A DNA stretch of 64,000 nucleotides, from the NCBI RefSeq assembly GCF_004339575.1, contig NZ_SMFV01000001.1:175119-239118 (forward strand), in the 5' to 3' direction. A program made the translations under genes and the position numbers. Numbering within the stretch: the stretch's first letter is position 1; every line of letters begins with the position of its first letter. Shown one piece after another: positions 47,220-56,982 of the stretch. The DNA comes from Phorcysia thermohydrogeniphila (lineage in GTDB: Bacteria > Aquificota > Aquificia > Desulfurobacteriales > Desulfurobacteriaceae). The notes under the pieces were generated by a model that ran no database searches, was not told the DNA's origin, and worked only from the letters and a program-made list of their open reading frames with translations.

Positions 47220-48394
47220 AAAGGCTCTCCCAACAGGTCAAAAATCATTCCTACATTATCATTAGCACATTTTAATTGGCCATCCTCCGCTAAATAAAAG
47301 TCAACCTTCTCAGAAATTTGTTCAGTATAGTAACGCAGAGCTTGGACTATGTAAGGACTGTGGGTTGTTAGCAGTATCCTAGTCCCTAAGGTTTTGTGTA
47401 TCTCCACTAAAATCCTCACGTATTCAAGTTGCCACTTAGGATGAAGGTGAACTTCCGGCTCGTCAATTATAAGAATGGAGTTATAGGAAACTGTTCCATT
47501 TTCTAAAAGCAACAAGAGAATTCCGAAAGATTTTATTCCCGTTGCTGTGCCAAGCATTCTAAAAATTCTTCCTTCTTTTTCAAACAAAATCTCATCCTTC
47601 TCTAACTTAAGGTTTCCTCTTATAATACTCTTTATCTCCTTGGCAATCTCTAAACCATCTTCCGCTTTCTTTTCTCTTAACAGCTTTCTAACTAAATCCC
47701 TCATTATAAAAGGATATGGATACTTCAACCTATCCTTTTTTTTAATCACCAATCTATAGAAGAACTCAACCAAGTCCATAACAACGGGTGTACATATCAA
47801 AGTTGCATCTTTAAAAGGCCTAACTTTTTTACCATTTACTTCAGGGACACTGTCGTAAAAGGAAACGGATTCTGAAGTCAGTAGAACCTTATAGAGCTCT
47901 GTCCCATCTTCAGCTAAAAGGTATACCTCTCCTTTTTCATTCTCAGAAATTAAAGCGTCCAGAGCTCCAAAGTTATAAAGTACCTGACTGTAAAATTCCC
48001 GCCTTCTCCTTTCAAAAAAAGCTTTTTCCTCATTAACCCAAAGTTCCAGTTCCTTCACTTCTTTTCCTAATTCCTTACCTAATCCCTTACCGAAAAGAAG
48101 GTTATACAACTTTTCCACGTGTTTTTTAGATTTTACATCTTCTGGAATCTCCTTAACCAAGGAAGGTACAGTTTGGACTAACTTTGTTTTTATCTTCTCC
48201 AATAAACCTTTTCTTTTACCCTCCATGTAACTTTCAAGCTTATGTTCTGCTATATTATCCGCCTTAACTATAGAAAAAAGCATTTTTCCTACTGTGCTTT
48301 TTCCTGAATCATTTTCACCGGCAATGAGAGTTATACCACGCAAGTTAATATCTGCCGATTTTATAAGTCCTATATTTTTTAGAGTTAACCTCAT
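47204..48394 (-). CDS. OLD-family/AAA_21-type ABC ATPase (AbiLi/PtuA-like)
   Basis: Walker A GENDSGKST. Walker B plus signature IIDEPEVHLHP (the DEPE.HLHP motif typical of OLD/AAA_21 ATPases). H-loop LLTTHSP. Visibly AT-rich relative to flanking genes. Confidence 0.7.
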   Translation of the reverse strand: MRLTLKNIGLIKSADINLRGITLIAGENDSGKSTVGKMLFSIVKADNIAEHKLESYMEGKRKGLLEKIKTKLVQTVPSLVKEIPEDVKSKKHVEKLYNLLFGKGLGKELGKEVKELELWVNEEKAFFERRRREFYSQVLYNFGALDALISENEKGEVYLLAEDGTELYKVLLTSESVSFYDSVPEVNGKKVRPFKDATLICTPVVMDLVEFFYRLVIKKKDRLKYPYPFIMRDLVRKLLREKKAEDGLEIAKEIKSIIRGNLKLEKDEILFEKEGRIFRMLGTATGIKSFGILLLLLENGTVSYNSILIIDEPEVHLHPKWQLEYVRILVEIHKTLGTRILLTTHSPYIVQALRYYTEQISEKVDFYLAEDGQLKCANDNVGMIFDLLGEPLWRVI

Positions 48395-48483
48395 CTTTTA
48401 CTACTCCACCTTACTTGGTTGGGCAAATTTTATCACACAAAAACCATGTTAGAATCTTCCCGCAAATTTCACGGGAGTAAACT

Positions 48484-49080
48484 ATGAGAAGACTTTTAAC
48501 TGTTCTCTTCATCATCCTAACCGCTCAACCTGCCAGTGCAGACCTTAAGTGCTTCTTAGAGAAGCTAAAAAGTGTAAAGTCTATGAAGATACTTTTTAGC
48601 CAGAGGACAAAGCTCCCCGTGGCAGGTGACGAGGTAGACCTTTATAGTGGCGTGATTTACTACAAGAGGCCTTTACACTTTAGGTGGGAGTACAAAAAGG
48701 GTAGTGATATCCGAATTATTTCCAACGGGGAGCTCCTTGAAGTTATCTTCCCCTCAGAAAAGGAGTGTCAGGTTACAGAGCTCTCAGCCCCCAGCACCGT
48801 ATTCCCGCTGTTCCAGATTATTGAAAATCCGGAAAACCTTCGGAAACTCTTTAAAGTCTTAAAGGAGAGTAAGGACGGCGACAGCTGGGTGGTGGGGCTC
48901 TCCCCAACTTACAAGGATTCTACCTTTGAGAGAGTTACCCTATTCATTGACGGTAGCTGTAACCTCAGAGCCATAAAAACCTACCAGTTTGACGGAACGG
49001 AAGCCACCTACATTTTTAGAGAGGTAACTATAAATGAGGAATTACCGGAGAAGCTCTTTGAATTAGAAGCGTGCGAGTAA
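48484..49080 (+). CDS. lolA: LolA-like outer-membrane lipoprotein carrier
   Basis: Signal peptide MRRLLTVLFIILTAQPASA. LolA-like beta-barrel blocks (FSQRTKLPVAGDE..SG.IYYKRP..FRWEY). Followed by a GGCCGGC-aaaaa-GCCGGCC hairpin. Confidence 0.6.
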   Translation: MRRLLTVLFIILTAQPASADLKCFLEKLKSVKSMKILFSQRTKLPVAGDEVDLYSGVIYYKRPLHFRWEYKKGSDIRIISNGELLEVIFPSEKECQVTELSAPSTVFPLFQIIENPENLRKLFKVLKESKDGDSWVVGLSPTYKDSTFERVTLFIDGSCNLRAIKTYQFDGTEATYIFREVTINEELPEKLFELEACE

Positions 49081-49266
49081 GGTTTAGGCCGGCAAAAAGC
49101 CGGCCACGGAGGGTACCATGGGAATTGGAAGGTTGAAGGATGGTTTTTATTAATTTATGCGTTTATAAGAAAGTGTCAAGTATTGAATGATAACTTCTTC
49201 TTAAAGGAATAATCATCGCTAAAAGGTTAGGTTAAAATTAGTTCACTCTTCTGTGGAGGAACAGTT

Positions 49267-51312
49267 TTGAAGAGAACCGTCTGCACGTACTGCGGAGTTG
49301 GATGTGAAATAGGGTTTGACCCTGTAGAGGAAAAAGTTATACCTCTCAAAGAGGGCGTGGTAAGTAAGGGAAAGCTCTGCATAAAGGGTAATTTTGGCCA
49401 CGAGTACATCAACCACGAGAGCAGAATAAGGGGAACTCTCGTCAGAAAATCTTTCCTCCAATCCTTTGGTCTTTCTCCAGAAAACTTTGAGGAGCATGAC
49501 GAAAACTTTGTAAGAGTTCCCTACTCCTTGGCCTACGACCTTACGGCTAAAAAGCTTAAAGAGATAAAGGAAAAGTACGGAAGGCACTCCTTTGCTGCCA
49601 TCGGTGGAGCAAGGACAAACTGTGAAAGCGCCTACCTTTTCCAGAAGTTTACAAGGGAAGTAATGGAGTCCCCCAACGTTGATAACTGTGCAAGGATATG
49701 CCACGCCCCAAGCCTTAGAGGGTTAAAGGAAACGGTCGGGGAAGGAGCTGCAACTGCTCCCTTTGATGAGATATACAACGCAGAGCTCATCGTCGTAATT
49801 GGCTCTAATACAACAGAAGCCCATCCAATTGTTAGCCACAGGATAATTGAGCAAGTCAGGAAAGGTGCAGAGCTTACCGTAATAGACGTAAGGGAAATTG
49901 GCCTCTTTAGGTTTGCAAAGCATAAGCTCCTGATTCCCTTTGACTCTAACCTACTCGTCCTAAACGCAATCGCAAGGGTAATCGTTGAAAGGGAACTCTA
50001 CGATAAAGAGTTCATAGAAAAAAGGACCGTAGGGTTTGAGGAGTTTAGAAAAGAGCTCTTAAATGACAACCTTTCTAAACCGGAAACTTTTAAGAAACTT
50101 CCCGGCTACGAACACCTCTTTAAGGCCATTCCAGAACTTGCAAGGGATATAGCAAGGAAGAAAACCGTTTTCCTGTGGGGACTTGGAGTAACAGAGCACA
50201 CAGACGGTAGCAAGGCCGTTATGGCAATTGCAAACCTTGCCCTTTTAACCGGTAACGTAGGAAAGCCCGGCACAGGTCTAATGCCCCTAAGGGGACAGAA
50301 TAACGTTCAGGGAGCTTGTGATGTTGGAATGCTCCCCTACTACCTTCCCGGATACAGGAAGCCAAAAGAAATCGGACTAACAACCCCAGAGGTCATAGAC
50401 GCCATCTTAGAGGGAAAGGTTAGAGCTCTCTGGGTAATGGGCGAGGACATTGCCCACGTCCACGCAAACCAGAGTAAGATTCACGGAGCTCTCCAAAAAC
50501 TGGACTTCTTAGTCGTCAATGAGCTCTTCCCTTGTGAGGTAACAGAATTTGCCCACGTGGTCTTTGGGGTTAAAAGCTGTTACGAGAAGACAGGCGTATA
50601 CATAAACGCAGAAAGGAGACTCCACCTTTCTGAGCCCCTATACACCTCAGAACTTCCAGACGACTGGGAAGTTATAGCCGAAGTCTCAAAAAGGCTTGGG
50701 AAAGACTTTGGGTTCAGAACCTCTGAGGACGTCTGGAACAGCCTGAGGGAGGAAGTCCCTAAGAAGTTTGGAGGGGCAGACTACAAGACCCTTAGGGAAA
50801 ACTTTTTAAACGCTCCCCAGTGGCCTGTAATAGACGGGAAAGGAACGAAAATCCTCCACAGGGAAAAGTTCTCAACAGAAGACGGGAAAGGACACCTTAG
50901 GTTTAACCCCTATAAGCCCCAAGGAATGGTTAAGGAGCTCCTTGAAAAAGGAGAGTTCTCAGACTTTTACCTAACGACCGGCAGAATACTCCTTCACTAC
51001 AACAACGCAAACCAGACCGGAAGGTGCAGGACATTAAACAAGTTTAAGCTCTTTAAAGAGGACGTTGTTTACGCAAGCGAAGAGGACAGGGAAAGGCTCA
51101 AAAACGCCAAGAGAGTAAAGCTTATCTCTCCCTACGGGGAGTCCGCCCCTCTGCCGGTGGAGTTTAACAGGCACATTAAGAAGGGAACTCTCTTTGTCTC
51201 ATTCCACAGGGCAAAGAGTAAGGTTAATTTCCTCTTTGGAGACGAAGCTGACGAGTTTGTAAAGACGGCCAAGTTTAAATCCATTAAGGTAAAGGTAGAG
51301 GTCGTTGAGTAG
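49267..51312 (+). CDS. fdhF: Formate dehydrogenase H-like molybdopterin oxidoreductase catalytic subunit (Cys-type, FdhF-like)
   Basis: TTG start, 8 nt after GGAGG. N-terminal CTYCGVGC 4Fe-4S motif. Active-site region NCARICHAPS matches the Sec/Cys-His of FdhF (here Cys). Alignable to E. coli FdhF throughout as I recall it. Confidence 0.75.
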   Translation: MKRTVCTYCGVGCEIGFDPVEEKVIPLKEGVVSKGKLCIKGNFGHEYINHESRIRGTLVRKSFLQSFGLSPENFEEHDENFVRVPYSLAYDLTAKKLKEIKEKYGRHSFAAIGGARTNCESAYLFQKFTREVMESPNVDNCARICHAPSLRGLKETVGEGAATAPFDEIYNAELIVVIGSNTTEAHPIVSHRIIEQVRKGAELTVIDVREIGLFRFAKHKLLIPFDSNLLVLNAIARVIVERELYDKEFIEKRTVGFEEFRKELLNDNLSKPETFKKLPGYEHLFKAIPELARDIARKKTVFLWGLGVTEHTDGSKAVMAIANLALLTGNVGKPGTGLMPLRGQNNVQGACDVGMLPYYLPGYRKPKEIGLTTPEVIDAILEGKVRALWVMGEDIAHVHANQSKIHGALQKLDFLVVNELFPCEVTEFAHVVFGVKSCYEKTGVYINAERRLHLSEPLYTSELPDDWEVIAEVSKRLGKDFGFRTSEDVWNSLREEVPKKFGGADYKTLRENFLNAPQWPVIDGKGTKILHREKFSTEDGKGHLRFNPYKPQGMVKELLEKGEFSDFYLTTGRILLHYNNANQTGRCRTLNKFKLFKEDVVYASEEDRERLKNAKRVKLISPYGESAPLPVEFNRHIKKGTLFVSFHRAKSKVNFLFGDEADEFVKTAKFKSIKVKVEVVE

Positions 51313-52051
51313 GTTAAAGAAGTCCTTAGGACAGCACTTTTTAAGGGACAAGAACGTAGTAAAGAGAATCGTTGACGCCGGAAAGCTCAGCCCTGAGGAT
51401 AGAGTCCTTGAGATAGGGCCGGGAGGGGGAGCTCTAACTGAGGAGATAGTCAGCAGAAACCTCAAGGAGTTTATAGCCGTTGAGATAGACCCAGAGTGGG
51501 TAAGCTTTTTAACAGAAAAGTTCGGAGATAAGGTAAAAATCATTAACGCAGACGCTACAGATTTTGACTTTTCTTCCTTAGGAGGGAAGTTCGTCTACTT
51601 TGGAAACCTCCCCTACAACGTCTCAACGGCCATACTCAGGAATCTACTTACCCACAGGAAAACCCTTAAAAAGGGTATCTTTATGGTTCAAAAAGAAGTT
51701 GCAGACAGGCTAACGGCAAAAAAAGGAAAAGAGTACGGCTACTTTCCCGCACTCCTTTCGCTCTTTTTTGACATAAAGAAGCTCTTTAACGTTCCCCCCA
51801 AGGCCTTCATCCCCCCTCCGAAGGTTATGTCAACAGTCATAGAGGTAACACCAAAAGAGTTTGAAATAGAAGAGAAAGAGATAAAGGAGTTTGAGAGCTT
51901 TTTAAAGAGAGCTTTCTCCCAGAGGAGGAAAAAGCTTAAGAAGAACCTCGGGCTAAAGGAGCTCCCGGAGGAACTAAAAGAGTTTAAAGACAAGAGAGCA
52001 GAAGAAATACCCCCGGAAGAGCTCCTAAGAATTTTTAGGCTTTTACGTTAA
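51305..52051 (+). CDS. rsmA: 16S rRNA (adenine1518/1519-N6)-dimethyltransferase
   Basis: KSLGQHFL start, EIGPGGGALT SAM-binding motif, NLPYN catalytic motif. Confidence 0.9.
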   Translation: MSRLKKSLGQHFLRDKNVVKRIVDAGKLSPEDRVLEIGPGGGALTEEIVSRNLKEFIAVEIDPEWVSFLTEKFGDKVKIINADATDFDFSSLGGKFVYFGNLPYNVSTAILRNLLTHRKTLKKGIFMVQKEVADRLTAKKGKEYGYFPALLSLFFDIKKLFNVPPKAFIPPPKVMSTVIEVTPKEFEIEEKEIKEFESFLKRAFSQRRKKLKKNLGLKELPEELKEFKDKRAEEIPPEELLRIFRLLR

Positions 52052-53046
52052 TTATCTCCCGATTTCTTCTCCTTCAGTATCTCCTCAAGCTCCTCTCTGC
52101 TGAAGAAGTACTCTTCATTACAGAAGTTGCACCTTATAGTTACGCCACCTTCCTCTATGAGCTCCTTTAAATCCTTTTCGGGAAGGGCGATAACCCCACC
52201 CTTTGCAACTTCCTTAGAACACTTACACTTAAAGGAGAGCTCCTTTAAGGCCAAGATGTGGGGAGTGAAACCTTCAAAGAGGAGCTCAACGATTTCTTCT
52301 GGCCTCTTTCCCTCCTTTATAAGGGCGCTGACCGGGGGGAGCTTCTTTACGTTCTCTTCAAGCTTTTCTATGGCCTTATCGGACGCTCCCGGAAGGGGCT
52401 GAACTAAGAAACCTCCGGCAGCCTCAACTTTTCCGGTCTCACCGACTAAAACGCCAATTGAAACGGCAGAGGGTATCTGCTCAGACTTTAAAAGGTAGTA
52501 GGCGATGTCCTCGGCTATCTCTCCCGAAACGAGGGGAACGGAGCTCTCGTAAGGCGTTCCAAAACCAAAGTCCTTAACGACAGTTAAAAAGCCACTACCG
52601 ACAGCTCTACCTATGTCAAACTTCTTCTTTCCGTTTACTTCCTTCACAAAAGTTTCAACCTGAGGGTTCTTAACAAATCCCCTTACGTTCCCCTTAGCGT
52701 TCGCCTCTGCTACCACGAGCCCAATAGGGCCGTCACCTTCAATCCTTAAAAGTAACCTTTGGTCGCTTGCGTGCTTTAAAAGGGAGGTTAAGAGAAGAGC
52801 TCCTGTTAGGGCTCTCCCGAGAACTGCCGTTGCTATTGGGGATGTTTTGTGTCTAAGTCTTGCTATATCGCAAAGGTTTGTAGTCTTAACAACAAAAGCC
52901 CTTAAAGCGTCTTCCTCCGTTACGGCTATTACGCCGTAGTCCCTGTCCTGAAAGTAGCTTTTTAGGTCTGACTTTACCTCCTCCGTAAGCTTTTTCATAA
53001 GCTTTTCTCTATCTGGAACTCCTACATTTTTCTCCTTCTTATCCAT
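52048..53046 (-). CDS. hslO: 33-kDa redox chaperone Hsp33
   Basis: Hsp33 fold plus C-terminal zinc centre CKCS...CNFC. Confidence 0.85.
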   Translation of the reverse strand: MDKKEKNVGVPDREKLMKKLTEEVKSDLKSYFQDRDYGVIAVTEEDALRAFVVKTTNLCDIARLRHKTSPIATAVLGRALTGALLLTSLLKHASDQRLLLRIEGDGPIGLVVAEANAKGNVRGFVKNPQVETFVKEVNGKKKFDIGRAVGSGFLTVVKDFGFGTPYESSVPLVSGEIAEDIAYYLLKSEQIPSAVSIGVLVGETGKVEAAGGFLVQPLPGASDKAIEKLEENVKKLPPVSALIKEGKRPEEIVELLFEGFTPHILALKELSFKCKCSKEVAKGGVIALPEKDLKELIEEGGVTIRCNFCNEEYFFSREELEEILKEKKSGDN

Positions 53047-53569
53047 CTCCTTCCTCCAAGAGTTTTAAGACTTTATCGGGAACAGAGTCCCTGTTCTCAA
53101 CAGTTAAACTTATAACGACACTACCTTTAAAACTACGAATCCGTCTGATTATCGGATGAACGTCCTTTACAGGAATCGTCAAAAGGGCGCGATTTTCGCT
53201 GTTTAGTAACTTTTCAACGAGCTTTACAAATTTTTGTGAAAGGAGCTCCATCTTACCCACTTCGTCAACAATCAACACCTTTTCAGTTTCGGTTAGAGCC
53301 CTCTCAAGGAAAGGAACAACCGTTTCCTCAAAACCTTCCACGTTCACCCTGTACCTACCGACTCTAAAAGGTGAGTTAAAGTCAACTGAGGCCAAGAGCT
53401 CCTCCTCCCCGTCAGTCCTAACAACCTTAAATCCCCACCGTTTCCCCGACTTCCTTATCTCTTCAGTCCAGAAACCAACAGCCTTTTCACCGAGTCTTTC
53501 TACAACCCTCTTTACTGCCGTCGTCTTACCCACTCCGGGTTTTCCCGTAAGAACGACCTTTAAGCTCAC
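53039..53569 (-). CDS. THEP1-like nucleoside-triphosphatase
   Basis: 176-aa P-loop protein (LTGKPGVGKTT) with THEP1/MJ1559-family organisation. Overlaps hslO by 8 nt. Confidence 0.7.
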   Translation of the reverse strand: MSLKVVLTGKPGVGKTTAVKRVVERLGEKAVGFWTEEIRKSGKRWGFKVVRTDGEEELLASVDFNSPFRVGRYRVNVEGFEETVVPFLERALTETEKVLIVDEVGKMELLSQKFVKLVEKLLNSENRALLTIPVKDVHPIIRRIRSFKGSVVISLTVENRDSVPDKVLKLLEEGDG

Positions 53570-54372
53570 CTCTGCCTCACAACCTGCAGGGTCTCAAGGT
53601 CAAGAACCATATTGTCGTAGGCTGCAAGAACTTTTATACCCGTTCTCTCAGAAATCCTTTTGGCCAACTCCCAAGGCTTTGCCTCTATCATCGTCCTTCC
53701 AAAGTGGGTAAGAATTGCAAGCTCTGGCTTTACGTTCGCAATTATCATTTCAGCTTCAGGGATAGAGAGGTGGCTTATGAGGGGATTTTTCTCCTTCATA
53801 GTTACGTTAAGGATTAAAAGATCCTTTGCAGAAGCGTAGCTTTCCTCTATTCCATCAAAATAAGCTGTATCGGATACGTACCCTATACTTCTCTTCCAGT
53901 TAAAGATCATTCCGTAGGTTTCAACGCCGTGGACGTGGCGAACGGGAAAGGTAACTGAAACAGACTCGGTGAGCTCCACAGTTAAACCTTCCTCTATGAC
54001 TATCGTCTCCTCTATATTTCCCCTCGTGAACTGAAGGACAACAGGGTCAATCTCAAGGGCGTCCCTCGGGCAGATGAGCCTTCCCCTCTTTTTCTTTCCT
54101 CCGAGAGTCATTGACTCAAGGATGTGGTTAACGTCGGCACAGTGGTCTAAGTGGCGGTGAGAGAGGATTACGGTATTTGTCCAGTGGGGTTCTATACCCT
54201 TTCTATGAGCGTGGATGAAAGCCCCGGGGCCGGGGTCAACGTGAACGTTATGGCCGTCAAAGTTAAAGTAGAGTCCTCCTGCCTGACGGCGAAAACCAAA
54301 GGCAACGTACCTTGCACCGGCAGTTCCAAGGAAAACCAGTTTATTCTTTAAGGTTTCCTCCGTTAACTTCAA
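53566..54372 (-). CDS. Metallo-beta-lactamase-fold hydrolase
   Basis: HxHxDH motif (SHRHLDHCAD) and MBL beta-sandwich pattern. Confidence 0.7.
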   Translation of the reverse strand: MKLTEETLKNKLVFLGTAGARYVAFGFRRQAGGLYFNFDGHNVHVDPGPGAFIHAHRKGIEPHWTNTVILSHRHLDHCADVNHILESMTLGGKKKRGRLICPRDALEIDPVVLQFTRGNIEETIVIEEGLTVELTESVSVTFPVRHVHGVETYGMIFNWKRSIGYVSDTAYFDGIEESYASAKDLLILNVTMKEKNPLISHLSIPEAEMIIANVKPELAILTHFGRTMIEAKPWELAKRISERTGIKVLAAYDNMVLDLETLQVVRQR

Positions 54373-55148
54373 GCCGGACAGATACCTCTCCTGCTCTTTC
54401 TGATGAACTCAACAAAGTCAAGGACTTCAGGAACGTCTTTAAACTCTTCTTCTACTTTCTTGAGGGAAACCTGAAGAGGCTCGTCCGTCTTAAAGACCAT
54501 CTCAAAGGCGGTGGTGAGAGCTCTTATCGTCTCCCTTGGAAAACCTCTCCTTTTCAATCCCACTATGTTTATTCCCTCAAGCCTTGCCCTATTACCTTGT
54601 GCCATAACGAATGGAGGAACGTCCCTATGAACGGCAGAGGCTCCTCCAACCATAGCGTGCTTGCCAATCCTGACGAACTGGTGAATGCCGGTTAAGCCGC
54701 CAACAATGGCGTAGTCCTCTATTTCAACGTGGCCGGCAATCTGAACGGCATTAGCTACTATAACGTTATTACCTATTATGACATCGTGAGCAACGTGAAC
54801 ATAGGCCATTAAGAGGACGTTATCACCTATTTTTGTAACCATTCCACCGCCTTCAGTGCCCCTGTGAATCGTTACGTACTCCCTTATCTTTACCCTGTTG
54901 CCTATAACGACCTTTGAAGGCTCTCCCTTGTACTTTAAGTCCTGAGGCTCTACCCCTATGGTGGCACTGAAGATGGTGCACTCCTCTCCTATCGTCGTGT
55001 CACCTTCTATAACAGCACCCTGCCTGATAACCGTGTTCTTTCCAATTTTTACCTGACTCCCTATGTAAACGTGAGGCCCTACAACAACCCCTTCGTCAAG
55101 CTCAGCACCTTTCTCTACAATTGCCGTTGGGTGAACCTTTACCATCAC
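54369..55148 (-). CDS. lpxA: Acyl-ACP--UDP-GlcNAc O-acyltransferase
   Basis: Left-handed beta-helix hexapeptide repeats along the whole length, plus a LpxA C-terminal helical domain. In the operon order lpxA after fabZ. Confidence 0.9.
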   Translation of the reverse strand: MMVKVHPTAIVEKGAELDEGVVVGPHVYIGSQVKIGKNTVIRQGAVIEGDTTIGEECTIFSATIGVEPQDLKYKGEPSKVVIGNRVKIREYVTIHRGTEGGGMVTKIGDNVLLMAYVHVAHDVIIGNNVIVANAVQIAGHVEIEDYAIVGGLTGIHQFVRIGKHAMVGGASAVHRDVPPFVMAQGNRARLEGINIVGLKRRGFPRETIRALTTAFEMVFKTDEPLQVSLKKVEEEFKDVPEVLDFVEFIRKSRRGICPA

Positions 55149-55582
55149 TTCCTCACTATCATTGCCATAAGTTCAGCTTCGCAAACGAGTTCCTCATCTA
55201 CGTAAGCTTTACCGTCAAGCTTTGAAAGCTTTTTCTTTATTACTTTCGGTTCTAAAACAAACTTTACCGTATCACCGGGACGAACAGGTTTCCTAAAGCG
55301 AGCCTTATCAATTCCCATAAAGTAAACAACGTACTCCTCAGGAGTTAAATCAAAGGACTTAAACATCAGGACGCAGCCAACCTGTGCCATTGCCTCTAAG
55401 AGGAGAGCTCCGGGCATTATCGGATGTCCCGGAAAGTGCCCCTGAAAGAAAGGTTCATTTATAGTCACATTCTTTATTCCAACAATTCTTTCTTTTGGAA
55501 CAAACTCTACGATTTTATCTACAAGAAGGAAAGGATACCTGTGGGGGATAAGTTTCATTATCTCCATTATGTTCATTTCCAT
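55145..55582 (-). CDS. fabZ: 3-hydroxyacyl-ACP dehydratase
   Basis: [10 protein letters not shown]...GHFP hot-dog signature. Confidence 0.9.
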   Translation of the reverse strand: MEMNIMEIMKLIPHRYPFLLVDKIVEFVPKERIVGIKNVTINEPFFQGHFPGHPIMPGALLLEAMAQVGCVLMFKSFDLTPEEYVVYFMGIDKARFRKPVRPGDTVKFVLEPKVIKKKLSKLDGKAYVDEELVCEAELMAMIVRK

Positions 55583-56070
55583 TGACTTCCTCCTTGCTGC
55601 TCCTTTAGTAGAACAACGGCATAGGCGGAGATACCTTCCTCTCTACCCTCAAAGCCGAGCCTCTCTGTAGTAGTGGCCTTTATGGAAACGAAATTTTTAT
55701 CTATTTTGAGAATTTTTGCAATATTCTCCCGCATTAATTCCTTGTAGGGTTTTAGCTTTGGCCTCTGAGCAACGACTACAGCGTCAACGTTGTGAACTAC
55801 GTACCCTAAGGAGTTTACCTTCTCGTTAACCTCTTTAAGGAGCTTAAGGCTTGAAATACCTTTGAAGCGCTCGTCGGTGTCTGGGAAGTGTTCCCCTATA
55901 TCGCCTAAAGCGAGGGCTCCCAAAATTGCATCACATATGGCGTGAACAAGAACGTCCGCGTCTGAATGTCCCTTTAGTCCTTTTTCGTGAGGTATTTCAA
56001 CGCCACCAAGAATTAATCTGTACCCCTCCTCTAACCTGTGGACGTCGTAGCCGATACCAACCCTAAACAT
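55573..56070 (-). CDS. ispF: 2-C-methyl-D-erythritol 2,4-cyclodiphosphate synthase
   Basis: GIGYDVHRL...GHSDADV..HA..DA..GA IspF motifs. Confidence 0.9.
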   Translation of the reverse strand: MFRVGIGYDVHRLEEGYRLILGGVEIPHEKGLKGHSDADVLVHAICDAILGALALGDIGEHFPDTDERFKGISSLKLLKEVNEKVNSLGYVVHNVDAVVVAQRPKLKPYKELMRENIAKILKIDKNFVSIKATTTERLGFEGREEGISAYAVVLLKEQQGGSQWK

Positions 56071-56982
56071 TTAAGCAAGCCTGCTCTTTATGAGCTTCTC
56101 TATTTCCTCCCTTATTACTTTCTCTGCAATTTCTGGAACTACTTCCCAAACAACCTCTCTTATTATGTTCTCTACAAGTTCCTTATTGGATAATAACTCC
56201 TGCACTTCTGCCTTGGCTGCCTCTCCTACCCTCTCTTCCACTTTTTCCTTTGCAGTTTCAACCACTTTCTTCTCAACCTCAGGTACCTCTTCTTTTTGAA
56301 CAGGTATCTCCTCAGGCTGAATGCCAACTTCACCTAAATCTATTACATTTTCTTCCTCTGCTTTCTCGGGCTGAATGGTTACCTCTTCAAGCTGAACCTC
56401 TGGTTCTACCTTTGCTACCTCAGGCTCAGATTCAATCTCTATGGGTATTACCTCAAGCTCCTGCTTCTCCTCAGTCTCAGAAGGTATCTGGAGCTCTATC
56501 TCAGGAACAGACTCAACAGGAGATAGCTCTTCCAACTTCGGCTCAGCCGGCTTAAACTCCTCCTTCTCCTCCTTAGCTCCCGGCGGAACAGTAAACACAA
56601 GCTCCAGTTCCTCTTCCTTCTTGAGCTCAGGTAGCTTAGCCTTCAGCTCCCTCAGAGAAGCAATAAGCTCGTCAACTGTAAAAGGCTTCTTTAAAAGTTT
56701 TGCTGCCCCGAGAGTCTTTAAACGGCTTGCGTCAAAACCTTCTTTCTCATAACCAATAACGAGAACCGGAACTCCTAAGTTTAAAAGCTGAGGGAGAACG
56801 TCATAAGCCTTGGCGTTCTGAACCGTCATATCAAGGATGATTACGTCAGGCTTCTCAGCAACGGCAAGGTTTGATATTTCTTTCGGAGAGTAAGCGTGAA
56901 CTACCTCAACACCCCTAAGAGAGAGAACCTTCTCCATCAAGATATGCCACGTCTTTTTATCGTCGGCAAACAGAACTTTCAT
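56071..56982 (-). CDS. CheY-like receiver (REC) domain protein with a long acidic Glu/Pro-rich repeat linker and a conserved C-terminal helix
   Basis: N-terminal REC fold with phospho-acceptor D in ILDMT. ~130 aa of E/P/V low-complexity repeats (PEVxxxEPEV...). No DNA-binding output domain. Confidence 0.7.
   Translation of the reverse strand: MKVLFADDKKTWHILMEKVLSLRGVEVVHAYSPKEISNLAVAEKPDVIILDMTVQNAKAYDVLPQLLNLGVPVLVIGYEKEGFDASRLKTLGAAKLLKKPFTVDELIASLRELKAKLPELKKEEELELVFTVPPGAKEEKEEFKPAEPKLEELSPVESVPEIELQIPSETEEKQELEVIPIEIESEPEVAKVEPEVQLEEVTIQPEKAEEENVIDLGEVGIQPEEIPVQKEEVPEVEKKVVETAKEKVEERVGEAAKAEVQELLSNKELVENIIREVVWEVVPEIAEKVIREEIEKLIKSRLA

Noticed and set aside
49087-49105. The hairpin after lolA as a confident intrinsic terminator
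   Set aside because: The stem GGCCGGC/GCCGGCC is good but there is no downstream U-tract. Noted only in the lolA evidence.
49267-51312. Selenocysteine (UGA) recoding in the formate dehydrogenase
   Set aside because: The active-site position is encoded by a Cys codon (NCARICHAPS) and the frame has no internal TGA. It is a Cys-type enzyme.
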